NCBI GenBank assembly: GCA_016794035.1
Contig: JAEUHS010000044.1
Span: 24,169 to 88,168 of the forward strand
Length of the DNA stretch: 64,000 nucleotides
Origin: Planctomycetota bacterium
GTDB lineage: Bacteria; Planctomycetota; UBA1135; UBA2386
Reading direction: 5' to 3'
The translations under genes were made by a program, and so were the position numbers. The notes beneath the pieces are model-generated. The model did not search any database. It was not told where the DNA came from and worked only from the letters and a program-made list of their open reading frames with translations. This document shows positions 19,281-28,897 of the stretch, in pieces (position 1 is the first letter of the stretch; each line of letters opens with the position of its first letter).

Positions 19281-21662
19281 ATGAAACCAACGCCGTGGCT
19301 GCTTTCCCTCTCCTTCCTGGCTCCGCTCTCCGCGCAGGGACTCTGGATCGGTCCCGGGGAGCCGCGGCCCGACCAACTGATCAGCCCGGTGCCGGCCGGC
19401 TCTCGCCCCGCGGTCCGGATCGTGCGCACCGCCGTGCACGCCGAGATCGTCGATGGCGTGGCGACGACCACGGTCGACCAGGTGATCCACAACGACGGCG
19501 ATCGGGACGCCGAGGGCACCTGGTTCCTGCCGCTGCCGATGGGCGCGGTCGCCGATGCCTTCACGATGACGGTCGGCGGCAAGGAGATCGCCGGCGAAGT
19601 GCTCGACGCCGGACAGGCACGTTCGGTCTACGAGACCATCGTGCGCAAGCGCCGCGATCCGGGTCTGCTCGAGTACGCCGGCGACGGCATGCTGCGGGCG
19701 CGCATCTTCCCGATCCCGGCCCGCGGTGACGTCGGCATCACGGTGCGCGTGCGCCAGGTCCTGCAGCCGATCGGCGGCATCTACGAGTGGGTCTGGCCGC
19801 TGCGGTCGGCGGGCATGGGGGACGCCGCCGTCGGGCCGGTCGGCCTCGACCTGCGCATCGAATCGCAGACTCCGCTCGCGACGGTGATCGCGCCCTACGC
19901 CAATGCCGAGATCCGGCGCAGCGGTGAACACGCGGCCACCATCACCGTCGAAGGCGCGGCCGCGCAGTTCGAGGACCTCAAGGTGCTGTACGGTCTGAGC
20001 GAGCAGGAGTTCGGCCTGCACATGCTGCCGTATCGACTGCCCGGAGAACCCGGCTGGTTCACGCTGCTGCTGTCGCCGCCGCGATCGCTGGCGGCCGACA
20101 AGGCGCCGCCGCGGCGCTGTGTGCAGTTCGTGGTCGACACGTCGGGGTCGATGGCCGGCGAGAAGATCGAACAGGCCAAGGCGGCGGTGCGCACGTTCCT
20201 GCGCAGCCTGCGACCGCAGGACCGGTTCCAGGTGATCACGTTCGCCTCCGCGGTGCAGTCGTTCTTCGAGGCGCCGCAGCTGGCCACCGGCGCGAACCTC
20301 GACGCCGCCGTGCGACGCGTCGAATCACTGACGGCGATGGGTGGAACGAACATCAGCGGCGCGCTGCAGCAGGCATTGGCGGCATCGCTGCCGCCCGGCG
20401 ACGACGGCGCCGTATGGCTGCAGCAGATCGTGTTCGTGACCGATGGGCAGCCGACGATGGGCCTGACCAACCCGCAGCAGATCCTCGAACTGACCCGGCG
20501 CGAGGACCAGCAGGCGACCCGTATCTTCGCGCTCGGAGTCGGCGACGACATCGACGTACCGCTGATCGACGACCTCGTGCAGCAGCACCGCGGTGCGCGC
20601 GATTTCGTGCGCAACCGGGAGAAGATCGAGGCCAAGGTCGACGCGCTGTGCCAGAAGATCGCCCAGCCGGCCCTGACCGACGTCGAAGTGCGCTGCGACG
20701 GGCTCGATGCCATGGACGTGCACCCCACGCGCACACGCGACCTGTTCTGCGGCGAGATGCTGCAGGTCGTCGGTCGCTACCGCAACTCCGGCAAACAGAA
20801 GGTGCGCGTGACCGGCAAGCAGAACGGCATCGCCCGCGAGTACGTGTTCGAGGTCGATTTCCCGGCGGCAGCGACGCAGCACTCGTTCGTGCAGACGCTG
20901 TGGGCGCGCCAGCACATCGCCGCACTGCTCGACGCGATCCGGCACAACGGCCAGAAGCCGGAGCTCGTCGAGGAGGTGAAGCGACTGGCGACCCAGTACG
21001 GCATCGTCACTCGCTACACGTCTCAGTTGATCGTCGAGGAGGGCATGCGGCTGGGCGGCGAAGGGCGGCAGGTTCGGGGCCCCGCCGATGCCCTGGCCCC
21101 GGCCGAACGCCTGAGCCCCGGCGGTGGCGCCTACCGCGGGCCGACGACCGGGGGCGCGGCAAGCCCGGTCGGGCTGACCGCCAGCGGCCCGACCACCGCC
21201 GGAGCGGCAGGACCCGCCAGCCCCACGGCCGACACCGCGGCTCGATCCAAGCTCGCCGACCTCGGTCGCTCTCGGACCGGTGCCGAGGCGGTCGAAGAGA
21301 GTCTCGAGACCGATGCCGACGACCTCTACCTGGGCTCGCGGCCGGGTTCGGAGGCCAAGAAGGAGCGGCGCGCTGCCCGCGAGCAGATCGTTCGCCGCGC
21401 GGCTGGCCGGGTGTTCGTGACCGTCGGCGAAGATCTCGTCGAGCAGGGCCTGCCGGCGGACTGGGCGAAACAGGCGGTGGTCGTCGAGGCGTTCGGCGAC
21501 GCCTACTTCGAACTGCTGCGGCAGAAGCCGCAGCTGCGCGAAGTGCTGGCGCTCGGCGACCGGGTGGCGTTCCGCGACGGCGAGCGGATCGTCTACGTGA
21601 AGCCGTCGCCGCAGCCCGCGCCGAAGCCGGTCGAGGGCGCGGAGTCGCCGGTCGTGAAGTGA
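19281..21662 (+). CDS. Secreted VIT-domain plus von Willebrand factor A-domain protein
   Basis: Signal peptide MKPTPWLLSLSFLAPLSAQ. VIT-like N-domain (VDGVATTTVDQVIHNDGDRDAEGTWFLPLP). vWA MIDAS motif VVDTSGSM ... GGTNI. Confidence 0.8.
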   Translation: MKPTPWLLSLSFLAPLSAQGLWIGPGEPRPDQLISPVPAGSRPAVRIVRTAVHAEIVDGVATTTVDQVIHNDGDRDAEGTWFLPLPMGAVADAFTMTVGGKEIAGEVLDAGQARSVYETIVRKRRDPGLLEYAGDGMLRARIFPIPARGDVGITVRVRQVLQPIGGIYEWVWPLRSAGMGDAAVGPVGLDLRIESQTPLATVIAPYANAEIRRSGEHAATITVEGAAAQFEDLKVLYGLSEQEFGLHMLPYRLPGEPGWFTLLLSPPRSLAADKAPPRRCVQFVVDTSGSMAGEKIEQAKAAVRTFLRSLRPQDRFQVITFASAVQSFFEAPQLATGANLDAAVRRVESLTAMGGTNISGALQQALAASLPPGDDGAVWLQQIVFVTDGQPTMGLTNPQQILELTRREDQQATRIFALGVGDDIDVPLIDDLVQQHRGARDFVRNREKIEAKVDALCQKIAQPALTDVEVRCDGLDAMDVHPTRTRDLFCGEMLQVVGRYRNSGKQKVRVTGKQNGIAREYVFEVDFPAAATQHSFVQTLWARQHIAALLDAIRHNGQKPELVEEVKRLATQYGIVTRYTSQLIVEEGMRLGGEGRQVRGPADALAPAERLSPGGGAYRGPTTGGAASPVGLTASGPTTAGAAGPASPTADTAARSKLADLGRSRTGAEAVEESLETDADDLYLGSRPGSEAKKERRAAREQIVRRAAGRVFVTVGEDLVEQGLPADWAKQAVVVEAFGDAYFELLRQKPQLREVLALGDRVAFRDGERIVYVKPSPQPAPKPVEGAESPVVK

Positions 21663-21693
21663 CGCGCGCGTGCGCACCGGCTACCGTGCCACC

Positions 21694-22032
21694 ATGTTGC
21701 GGGTGGCGCGGTGGCTGTGCGCGGTGCTCGGTGGCGTGATCCTCGGCAGCGGGCTCGTGCTGCACGGACAGGTCGCCATGGCGCGTTACATGCGCGCGGA
21801 GGTCGACAGCACGTTCTTCCTGTGGCGTGCGATCGGGCGTGCCACGTTCGCGTTCCAGGGCGGCGACACGCAGATGGCCCTGGCGATGAGCAACGTGCCC
21901 GAGGCCGCGCTGGTCGAATCCGATCGTGCCGGCTGGGTGCTGGTGATCGTCGGCAGCCTGGTCGCGCTGACCGGCCCGCTGCTGCGGCGCGGCCGCGCGC
22001 CGGCGGGCAAGAGCGTGGCCAAGCGGGCCTGA
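21694..22032 (+). CDS. Small two-helix membrane protein
   Basis: Two hydrophobic segments. Follows the VIT-vWA gene closely. An alternative start is at 21670. Confidence 0.4.
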   Translation: MLRVARWLCAVLGGVILGSGLVLHGQVAMARYMRAEVDSTFFLWRAIGRATFAFQGGDTQMALAMSNVPEAALVESDRAGWVLVIVGSLVALTGPLLRRGRAPAGKSVAKRA

Positions 22033-22052
22033 TCTCCGCCGGCGTCGCCGGC

Positions 22053-23840
22053 TCAGAGGTTCGCGAACCTGCCGCCGTTCTGTTCCGCGAGGCGCTTCAT
22101 CAGCTCCTCGGGTGGCACCTCCATCTTCGGCACGGCGCGCCGCTGGTCCTCGGGTGGCTCGGTGTTGACGAAGACGGTGTTGATGCGCGTCGCCGCGAAA
22201 CGGTTGGTCTCCTTGACGAGGCGCAGGATCTCGACCGGGTCGACGACTTCGCCGACCGACGGCGCTCCATCGGACAGCACGAAGATCTCGTCCAGCGTCG
22301 TGTCGTAGCTCGTGCCGAACACCAGTGATCTGATCTTCAGCGCCTCTTCCAGCGCGCTCCACAGGTTGGTGCCGCCCCGCGCCTTCAGGCCGTCGACGAA
22401 CTTCAGGAAGCGTTCGCGGTTCTTCTCGCTCGCGACCACGAGGTCCTTGTTCCACAGCTCGGCGCGGGAGTCGCCGTTGAACGTGATCAGGTTGAACTGG
22501 GCGTTCGGTGCGATCGCCGCGATGGCACGGCGCAGCTCCTGTTTCGCGAAGTCGAGCCCGGAGGAGCCCTTCTTCCTGCCCGCACCCGCCTGTCCCCGCA
22601 TCGGCCAATCCATGCTGCCGGACAGGTCGAGGATGAAGACCACGCGTGTGCCCTCGATCGGGATGCCGCAGAAGTCGCCGGCGGACGTCGCGCCGCCGCT
22701 CTTGGGCGCGCGCTTCTCGGTGACCTTGATGTTGTCCTTCTCGGCGTCCCAGAACTGGCGCCACTTCTCGGGCTGGTCGGCGGCGAACACGGCGCCCGTC
22801 ATCGCCACGAGCAGTTCGTGGACCTGGAACTGCAACAGGCCCGACAGCTTGCCCGACCTGAGTTCCTCGGGGTGGTCGCGAAAGCGCTCGAGTACGCCGA
22901 TCAGGGCCGGAACCGACTCTCGGGCACGGAAGCCGTCGAGGAACCGGACCAGCGCCATGTCGGCGCGCCACGTCGTGCGGCACAGCGCGTCGCTGCAGGC
23001 CCGCACGGCCAGCCGGATGCCCTCGGGCGGGGCCTCGGCAGCCGCGGCCGGCGTCCCGGCGGCACCCTCGGTGGCGTCCTTCGGCGCCGACATCTCGCTG
23101 CCGGTGACGAACCGCGCGAACACCGTGCGCAGTGATTGTGCCGCGGTCATCAGCACCGCGTCGTTGGTCTCGCGCTGCACCAGTTCGATCAGCGGCATGG
23201 CGGACCGGTCGTCGGCGAGCTTGCCGAACGCCTCGGCCGCGTTGACGCGCACGATCGTCTCGCTGTCGCCGAGCAATGGTTCCAGGGTGGCGCGCAGGGT
23301 GCGATCCTCGAGCAGGCCGATGCATCGGGCTGCGGCCGCGCGGAAGGCGACCGCGCGGCTTTTCTCGATCTTCAGCTCGCCGCGCGCGGCCTTGCAGATC
23401 TCCTCCTTGGCGGCTGCCGTGCGCAGCTTCGCGACCCAGCGTTCACCGGCAGCGCGCACCTCGGCGGGAGCCATCTCGCGGGTGTACTTGCCCTGGTCGA
23501 TGCCGATCGACGTGACTTCGAGCAGCGCCTGGCCGGCGGCCGCGTCGTCGAGCTGCGCGACCGCCTCGAGGATCAGCTCGAGGTCGCCGGCCCAGGTCGG
23601 ATTGCCGAGCGCGTTCTTCGGCGCGATCCCGTACTTCGTCGCCAGGGAGTCCCTGGCGATGTTCTCCTTCGACGTGAAGTCGATCTTGCCGGCCCGGTAG
23701 AGCTTCAGCCACGCATCGAGGGCGCGCAGTGCCTTCTCCTCGGCGATCGTGCGGCCGTGGTGGGGTGCGTCGAGGCCAGGCAGGTTCGCCGCTGGCGTCG
23801 CGGTCACCAGCAGGCAGGTGGCGAGGAACGGTCGGAGCAT
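22053..23840 (-). CDS. Secreted HEAT-repeat plus vWA-domain protein
   Basis: Signal-like N-terminus MLRPFLATCLLVTA. MIDAS motif ILDLSGSM ... GGTNLWSAL. A helical-repeat N-terminal half. Confidence 0.7.
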   Translation of the reverse strand: MLRPFLATCLLVTATPAANLPGLDAPHHGRTIAEEKALRALDAWLKLYRAGKIDFTSKENIARDSLATKYGIAPKNALGNPTWAGDLELILEAVAQLDDAAAGQALLEVTSIGIDQGKYTREMAPAEVRAAGERWVAKLRTAAAKEEICKAARGELKIEKSRAVAFRAAAARCIGLLEDRTLRATLEPLLGDSETIVRVNAAEAFGKLADDRSAMPLIELVQRETNDAVLMTAAQSLRTVFARFVTGSEMSAPKDATEGAAGTPAAAAEAPPEGIRLAVRACSDALCRTTWRADMALVRFLDGFRARESVPALIGVLERFRDHPEELRSGKLSGLLQFQVHELLVAMTGAVFAADQPEKWRQFWDAEKDNIKVTEKRAPKSGGATSAGDFCGIPIEGTRVVFILDLSGSMDWPMRGQAGAGRKKGSSGLDFAKQELRRAIAAIAPNAQFNLITFNGDSRAELWNKDLVVASEKNRERFLKFVDGLKARGGTNLWSALEEALKIRSLVFGTSYDTTLDEIFVLSDGAPSVGEVVDPVEILRLVKETNRFAATRINTVFVNTEPPEDQRRAVPKMEVPPEELMKRLAEQNGGRFANL

Positions 23841-23943
23841 GTGGGATCCTGCGGCGGACGGGGCGTAGGCCACGTCGGTTGCGGCTCCGCATGCTACCGC
23901 GATCGCGTCGGAGGTTTCGGCTCCGCGCTGTCGTTCTCGGCCG

Positions 23944-25005
23944 TCACCGGCGCGAACGCGCCCAGCGGATCAGGTTCTCTCGCGCTTCGACCATGCTGCG
24001 CGGCGCGACCCAGCTGGTGCCACAGGCGTCGTCCATGGCGAACGTGCTGCTGCCGATGCCGAGGTCGTGCATGTCGTCGTCGGTGCCGAGCACGATGAAC
24101 AGCTTCGGGAAGACCTCGGGCCGCAGAGTGCTGAGCCGCACCAGCACCTCGCGCTCTTCGCGCGGGTCCGTGGGCACCAGCGAGATCATGCCGGAGAGGT
24201 TGCTGAGCCGCCGGCTCTGCAGCGCGCGGCCGACGACCTCGGTCACCGAGTCCCGGTCCCGCCGCAGCAGCTTGGTCTGGCCGAGCAGCCCAACCGCCAG
24301 GCGCAGATCGGTGCCGACCTCCTGCTCGACGAAGACCAGCCGCCGCCGGTCGCTCATCTCGAGCAGCAGCCCGCCGAGCGACTCGAACTCGTTGGCGTTG
24401 TCGAGCGCTTGCTCGACGGCGACCTCGCCATCGAGGTTGTGATCCTGCAGCTTGCCGAGCGTGTGACGGAGCGTGGCGTAGCGCTGCTCGAGCTGGCGGG
24501 CCGCTTCGAGCGCGACCACGTCGGGCGTCAGGCGCACCGTCGACGCCAGCAGCGGGTTGTGGTCGAGGCGCAGGAAATCGTCGCTCGGGCCATCGTGCAC
24601 CCGCGGCCGCAGCCCGTTCGGCGTCGCCGAGTCGGCGACCAGGTCCGCCTTCTGCGGGGTCGCATCGGAACGCAGCGCGAGCACGCCGAGCAGCACCACT
24701 GCGGCTGCCGCCGCGCCCGTCATCGCGTAGCGGATCTTGACGGTGAAGGGCACCGGCTCGTGGAAGACCGCCTCGGGGGTGCCCTCGCCGGCGCGGATCC
24801 GTTCCCAGAGCTGTTCGCGGAAGTGTTCGCCGACCCGTTCGCGCGGCAGCTGCAGCACCAGCTGCTGCGCGGCCTGCAGTTCGTTCCAGAACGTCTCGCA
24901 CCCCCGGCACTGCGCGACGTGTTCCATCACGAGCGCCCGTCGGCCCGACGGCAGTCGCCCGTCGAGACACTGGGACAGTTCGTAGCGGCAGTGGTTGCAG
25001 TTCAT
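23944..25005 (-). CDS. Anti-sigma factor with zf-HC2 zinc finger
   Basis: N-terminus MNCNHCRYELSQCLDG...HVAQCRGC (H-x3-C-x2-C type). One TM helix. Lies directly downstream of the ECF sigma gene. Confidence 0.75.
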   Translation of the reverse strand: MNCNHCRYELSQCLDGRLPSGRRALVMEHVAQCRGCETFWNELQAAQQLVLQLPRERVGEHFREQLWERIRAGEGTPEAVFHEPVPFTVKIRYAMTGAAAAAVVLLGVLALRSDATPQKADLVADSATPNGLRPRVHDGPSDDFLRLDHNPLLASTVRLTPDVVALEAARQLEQRYATLRHTLGKLQDHNLDGEVAVEQALDNANEFESLGGLLLEMSDRRRLVFVEQEVGTDLRLAVGLLGQTKLLRRDRDSVTEVVGRALQSRRLSNLSGMISLVPTDPREEREVLVRLSTLRPEVFPKLFIVLGTDDDMHDLGIGSSTFAMDDACGTSWVAPRSMVEARENLIRWARSRR

Positions 25006-25027
25006 CGGCGTGTCGTGCGGCGCCTGC

Positions 25028-25588
25028 TCAGACCTTGATCAATCGGCTGACCAGCGACTTGAAGCGTTGGCGCGCCCGGAACAGGCGCGTCGACACTGTC
25101 TTCACGGGGCAGCCCATGATGGCTGCGGCGTCCTCGTAGCTGAGCCCTTCAACTTCGCAGAGCAGGAAGGCCTCCCGGAACTTGGTCGGCAACTCCTCGA
25201 TCGCGTGCTCGATCGCCTGGTTGGCCTCGCGCGTCTCGGCGATCTGGTCGGGAGCCGCCGCGTCCGCGTCGGACAGGGTGAAGGGCTGGTCGTCGTCCTT
25301 CTGCAGGTCGCGGAACAGGCTGAGCTTGAACTTGCGCCGGCGCAGCTGGTCGAGGCAGAGATTGCGCGCGACCCGGAACAGCCAGGGGCGGAAGGCGGCG
25401 ACCGGGACCTGGTTCAGATGCCGGTAGAGGGCCAGGAACGAGTCCTGCGCCACGTCTTCGGCTGCGATCGCATCGCCGAGCAGGCGGGCCGCGTAGGCCT
25501 TGATGCTGTCGGCATGTTCGGCCAGGGCGCGATGGTACGAGACCATCGTCACCGGGTCGGGTTGGTATTCCGGGTTCTGCTTCGCCAT
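25028..25588 (-). CDS. ECF (group IV) sigma-70 factor
   Basis: Region 2 (EDVAQDSFLALYR, FRPWLFRVARNLCLDQLRR) and region 4 (LCEVEGLSYEDAAAIMGCPVKTVSTRLFRARQ). Start at ATG 25588. Confidence 0.9.
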   Translation of the reverse strand: MAKQNPEYQPDPVTMVSYHRALAEHADSIKAYAARLLGDAIAAEDVAQDSFLALYRHLNQVPVAAFRPWLFRVARNLCLDQLRRRKFKLSLFRDLQKDDDQPFTLSDADAAAPDQIAETREANQAIEHAIEELPTKFREAFLLCEVEGLSYEDAAAIMGCPVKTVSTRLFRARQRFKSLVSRLIKV

Positions 25589-25702
25589 GGCGACGCGCGG
25601 GAGAGATCCTATTCGGTGCGTGCCACGTCCCGCGGTGAGGGCATCGAACGGGTGTTCCCAGACGGGCCCGCAACCAGGAAACTCCAAAGCGTGCCGATCC
25701 CG

Positions 25703-26626
25703 ATGTCCATCCGCTCCCCGTCGTCGGCTCGACCCGTGCGTCACGCCGGTGGCACCGGCGTCCTGGGTCGCCCCGTGGCGCCCGCCGGCGCCGGCATCCT
25801 GCTGCTGGCGATGGCTGCCTGTGGCGGCGGGCTGTCCTACCGTTCAGTCGCCGAATTGTCGGGTGAGGTGCCGATCGGTCAAGGCGTCACCCGGGTTCGC
25901 ATCGAGGTGCAGGACGGCACCATCGGCGTCGACTCCGGCACGGCGCGCGTCGTCGAGTATCGGGGTGGCGTGCGGCGCGCCGGTGACACGGCGGCGGACC
26001 TGTCGCGGTTGGAGCAGATCCCGCTGCAGTTGACCGCCAGTGTGGACCCCGCGGACCCTTCGGTCCTGGTGGTGCGCGGACCGATGCGCGACGAGACCGG
26101 TCCCGAGGGGGTGTTTGCCTTCGAGCTGGGCATCCGCGTGCCGCCGGACGTGGCGCTCGAGCTGCGCATCCTCAGCAACGGCGACGCCACGGTGGCCAAT
26201 CGCCAGGCTCCCACGGACGTGTCGACCGGGCGCGGCGACCTGAGGTTTCCGGCGTGCAGCGGGGGGCTGCGGGCCAAGACCGGGCGCGGCAACGTGATCG
26301 TCTACGACCATCGCGGCGACCTCGACATCGTCACCAAGGTCGGCAACATGCAGGCGTTCGTCGTCGAGCCCGGCGAACGCATCCGGCTCGGCACGGGTGA
26401 GGGTACGGTGCAGTGCCATGTGCCGGCGGGACTCGACTTCGAACTGGATGCGCGCGCCGAGACCGGCAAGGCCGTGGCCGACGGGTTCGGACTCGAGAGC
26501 CAGAGCGTGGGCGAGTACGGCGCCGTACTGACCGGCCTGCGGGGGACCGGCCGGACCAAGATCGTGCTGCGCACCGGCTCCGGCCATCTCTCGCTGTCGC
26601 CCCGGAACTTCGGCGCCAACCGCTGA
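25703..26626 (+). CDS. Lipoprotein, DUF4097-like putative adhesin/beta-helix
   Basis: Lipobox LLLAMAACGG. Repeated G-D/N-V/I strands (TGRGDLRF, TGRGNVIVY, TGSGHLSL). Divergent from the ECF sigma gene. Confidence 0.55.
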   Translation: MSIRSPSSARPVRHAGGTGVLGRPVAPAGAGILLLAMAACGGGLSYRSVAELSGEVPIGQGVTRVRIEVQDGTIGVDSGTARVVEYRGGVRRAGDTAADLSRLEQIPLQLTASVDPADPSVLVVRGPMRDETGPEGVFAFELGIRVPPDVALELRILSNGDATVANRQAPTDVSTGRGDLRFPACSGGLRAKTGRGNVIVYDHRGDLDIVTKVGNMQAFVVEPGERIRLGTGEGTVQCHVPAGLDFELDARAETGKAVADGFGLESQSVGEYGAVLTGLRGTGRTKIVLRTGSGHLSLSPRNFGANR

Positions 26627-26866
26627 GGGCGCCCGCCGCGGGTGTTCGCCCGAAGCCGTTACCGCGGGGACCCCGCGGCCTACGCGAGGCGTGTCCCGCC
26701 CGCCGGGGCGGGGACGTGGAAATCTCGGCAGGAACCTCACGTCTTCGGCGACGTCCCGTAGCAATCGTCGTCTGCCCCCCTACCCATTGACCCCTCCAGC
26801 CGCGCCTGTCACGCCGCCCCCCGGGCGGCGCATCCCGAGCGAGGCAGTCCGCGCGCAACCCCACTC

Positions 26867-27280
26867 ATGACTCTCGGCAAGCGCCTTCTCCTCTTCTCCG
26901 CCCGCGACCCCGCCGCTGCCGCCCTCGGCAAGTCGACCGCCGACTGGGGCTGCATGGTCACCAACTGCAGCTCGATCGACGAACTGCGCGCCCGCATCGA
27001 GGGCAGCGACTTCGACCTGGTGCTCGTCGAGCCGTCGGCCGCGCTGCAGCGGCTCATCGCCGACAACGCGCTCGACGAGACCCTGCAACTGCCCCTGGCC
27101 GAGGTCGAGAAGCGCCACATCCAGCGCATCCTCGCGTCCACCGGCGGCAACAAGACGCAGGCGGCGCGCGTGCTCGGCATCGACACCAAGACGCTCTACA
27201 ACAAGCTGAAGAGCTACAAGTCGGCCGAGGCGGTGGCGCGCAAGCGCATGCTGGGGCCCGGGTCGATGACCATCATCTGA
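26867..27280 (+). CDS. Fis-type HTH protein with a truncated pseudo-receiver N-terminus
   Basis: C-terminal EKRHIQRILASTGGNKTQAARVLGIDTKTLYNKLK is an HTH_8/Fis motif. The N-terminal roughly 60 aa look like half a receiver domain (RLLLFSARD ... FDLVLVE). Confidence 0.7.
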   Translation: MTLGKRLLLFSARDPAAAALGKSTADWGCMVTNCSSIDELRARIEGSDFDLVLVEPSAALQRLIADNALDETLQLPLAEVEKRHIQRILASTGGNKTQAARVLGIDTKTLYNKLKSYKSAEAVARKRMLGPGSMTII

Positions 27281-27786
27281 GCCGCGTCCCGAAGACGGTT
27301 TGCCACCGGTGGCGGGTCGGCGCGCACGCGCGGGCCCGTGCCTGCCGGGGAAAGGGCGTTGGCAAGGCCGCGGGCCGGGCGAGTGACGAGAACTCGCACG
27401 CGTCGACGCCGCCTGGCGCGATCGTCCCGTTGCGGGGCTTTCCCGCCGAGTCGTCGCCGCGTGTTTCGCCGGCGCGGTCCGCCGATCCGCCGGTGCGATC
27501 GCACGCCCCTCGCAGCCGGCGACCGGGCCCTTCGGCCGCCTCCTGCACGGGCGGCTCATGTGCGATGCGCGCCCGCCGAGAATCAACCGCCGCGGCAACG
27601 CGGTGGTGATACTCGGAACCCGCGACGGGCCATGATTCGCCGACTTCGATCCTTTGCCTGCAGTGTCCGTCGCGGGTTTCATTTCTTCGCCCTGACGTCG
27701 GCCAGGGGCCGCGGCGCGCGGCCGCCTCGGCACGCGAGCCCGGACGGAAGGTGGACATCCACCGCGGGTGGTGTTTTGATCGGCCC

Positions 27787-28897
27787 ATGGGCCTCAACGA
27801 CCACCTCGACACTCTGAAGGCAGCCGAGCAGCGGATCGAGACGCTCAAGGTGAGTCTTTGACTACCTTCGTTGTCACCGGGAACTGGCGGACATCGAACA
27901 CCAGATGACCCAGGCGGGCTTCTGGGAGCAGCCCGAGCGCGCCCAGGCCGTCGTCCAGCGCAAGAAGGTCTGCTACCAGGTTGTCGAGCCGATCGACCGG
28001 CTGCTGCAACTCGTCAAGGACGGGCGCGACTGGGTCGAGATGGGCCGGGACGATCCGGCCGCGGTGGCGGCCGATCTCGACCAGATCGAGGCCCAGATCG
28101 CCGCCGGGCTCGACCAGCTGGAGTTCCAGCTGATGCTGGGTGGTGAGCACGACGCCAGCAACGCGATCGTCACGCTGCAGTCGGGCGCAGGCGGCGTCGA
28201 CGCCTCGGACTGGGCCGAGATGATGCTGCGCATGTACGTCAAGTGGGCGGCCAAGCACGACTACGAGGTCGAGGAGACCGACTTCCAGCGCGCCGAAGAG
28301 GCCGGCATCAAGAACGCGACCATCCTGGTCAAGGGCCCGTACGCCTATGGACGCCTCAAGGCCGAGCAGGGCGTGCACCGGCTGGTGCGCATCTCGCCGT
28401 TCGACGGTCAGGGCCGCCGGCAGACGTCGTTCGCGTCGGTGGAGGTCGTGCCCGAACTCGACGACGCCGAGGCCGTCGAGATCCGCAAGGAGGACCTGAA
28501 GGTCGACACGTTCCGCAGTTCGGGCGCGGGCGGCCAGCACGTCAACAAGACCGAGTCCGCGATCCGCATCACGCACATTCCGACCGGCATCGTGGTCGCC
28601 TGCCAGGCCGAGCGAAGCCAGCACAAGAATCGCGAGTCGGCGATGCGCACGATCCGCTCCAAGCTCTACCAGCTCGAGTTGGCGAAGCGCGAGGCCGAGC
28701 TGGCCAAGTTCTACGGCGATCGTGGCTCGATCAGCTGGGGCAACCAGATCCGCAGCTACGTGCTGCAGCCCTACCAGATGTGCAAGGACATGCGCACGGA
28801 CATCGAGACGTCCGACGTGCAAGGCGTGCTCGACGGCGACCTCGATCCCTTCATCGAGGGCTACCTCAAGCAGCGCAAGGAGGCGGCGAAGTCATGA
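27787..28897 (+). CDS. prfB: Peptide chain release factor 2, made by a programmed +1 frameshift at 27859
   Basis: Frame 0 runs from ATG 27787 for 24 codons to CTT TGA C. The +1 frame continues DYLRCHREL... and contains [19 protein letters not shown] (the GGQ motif). Confidence 0.92.
27856..27862 (+). promoter_or_regulatory. RF2 autoregulatory +1 frameshift site CTT TGA C
   Basis: Exact canonical heptamer, with the purine-rich AAGGTGAG a few nt upstream acting as an internal SD-like element. Confidence 0.9.

Noticed and set aside
26662-26678. Palindrome CCGCGGGG-A-CCCCGCGG, 36 nt after the DUF4097-like gene, as an intrinsic terminator
   Set aside because: The loop is essentially absent and there is no T tract. 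Such GC palindromes are common by chance at this composition, so I did not call it a feature.
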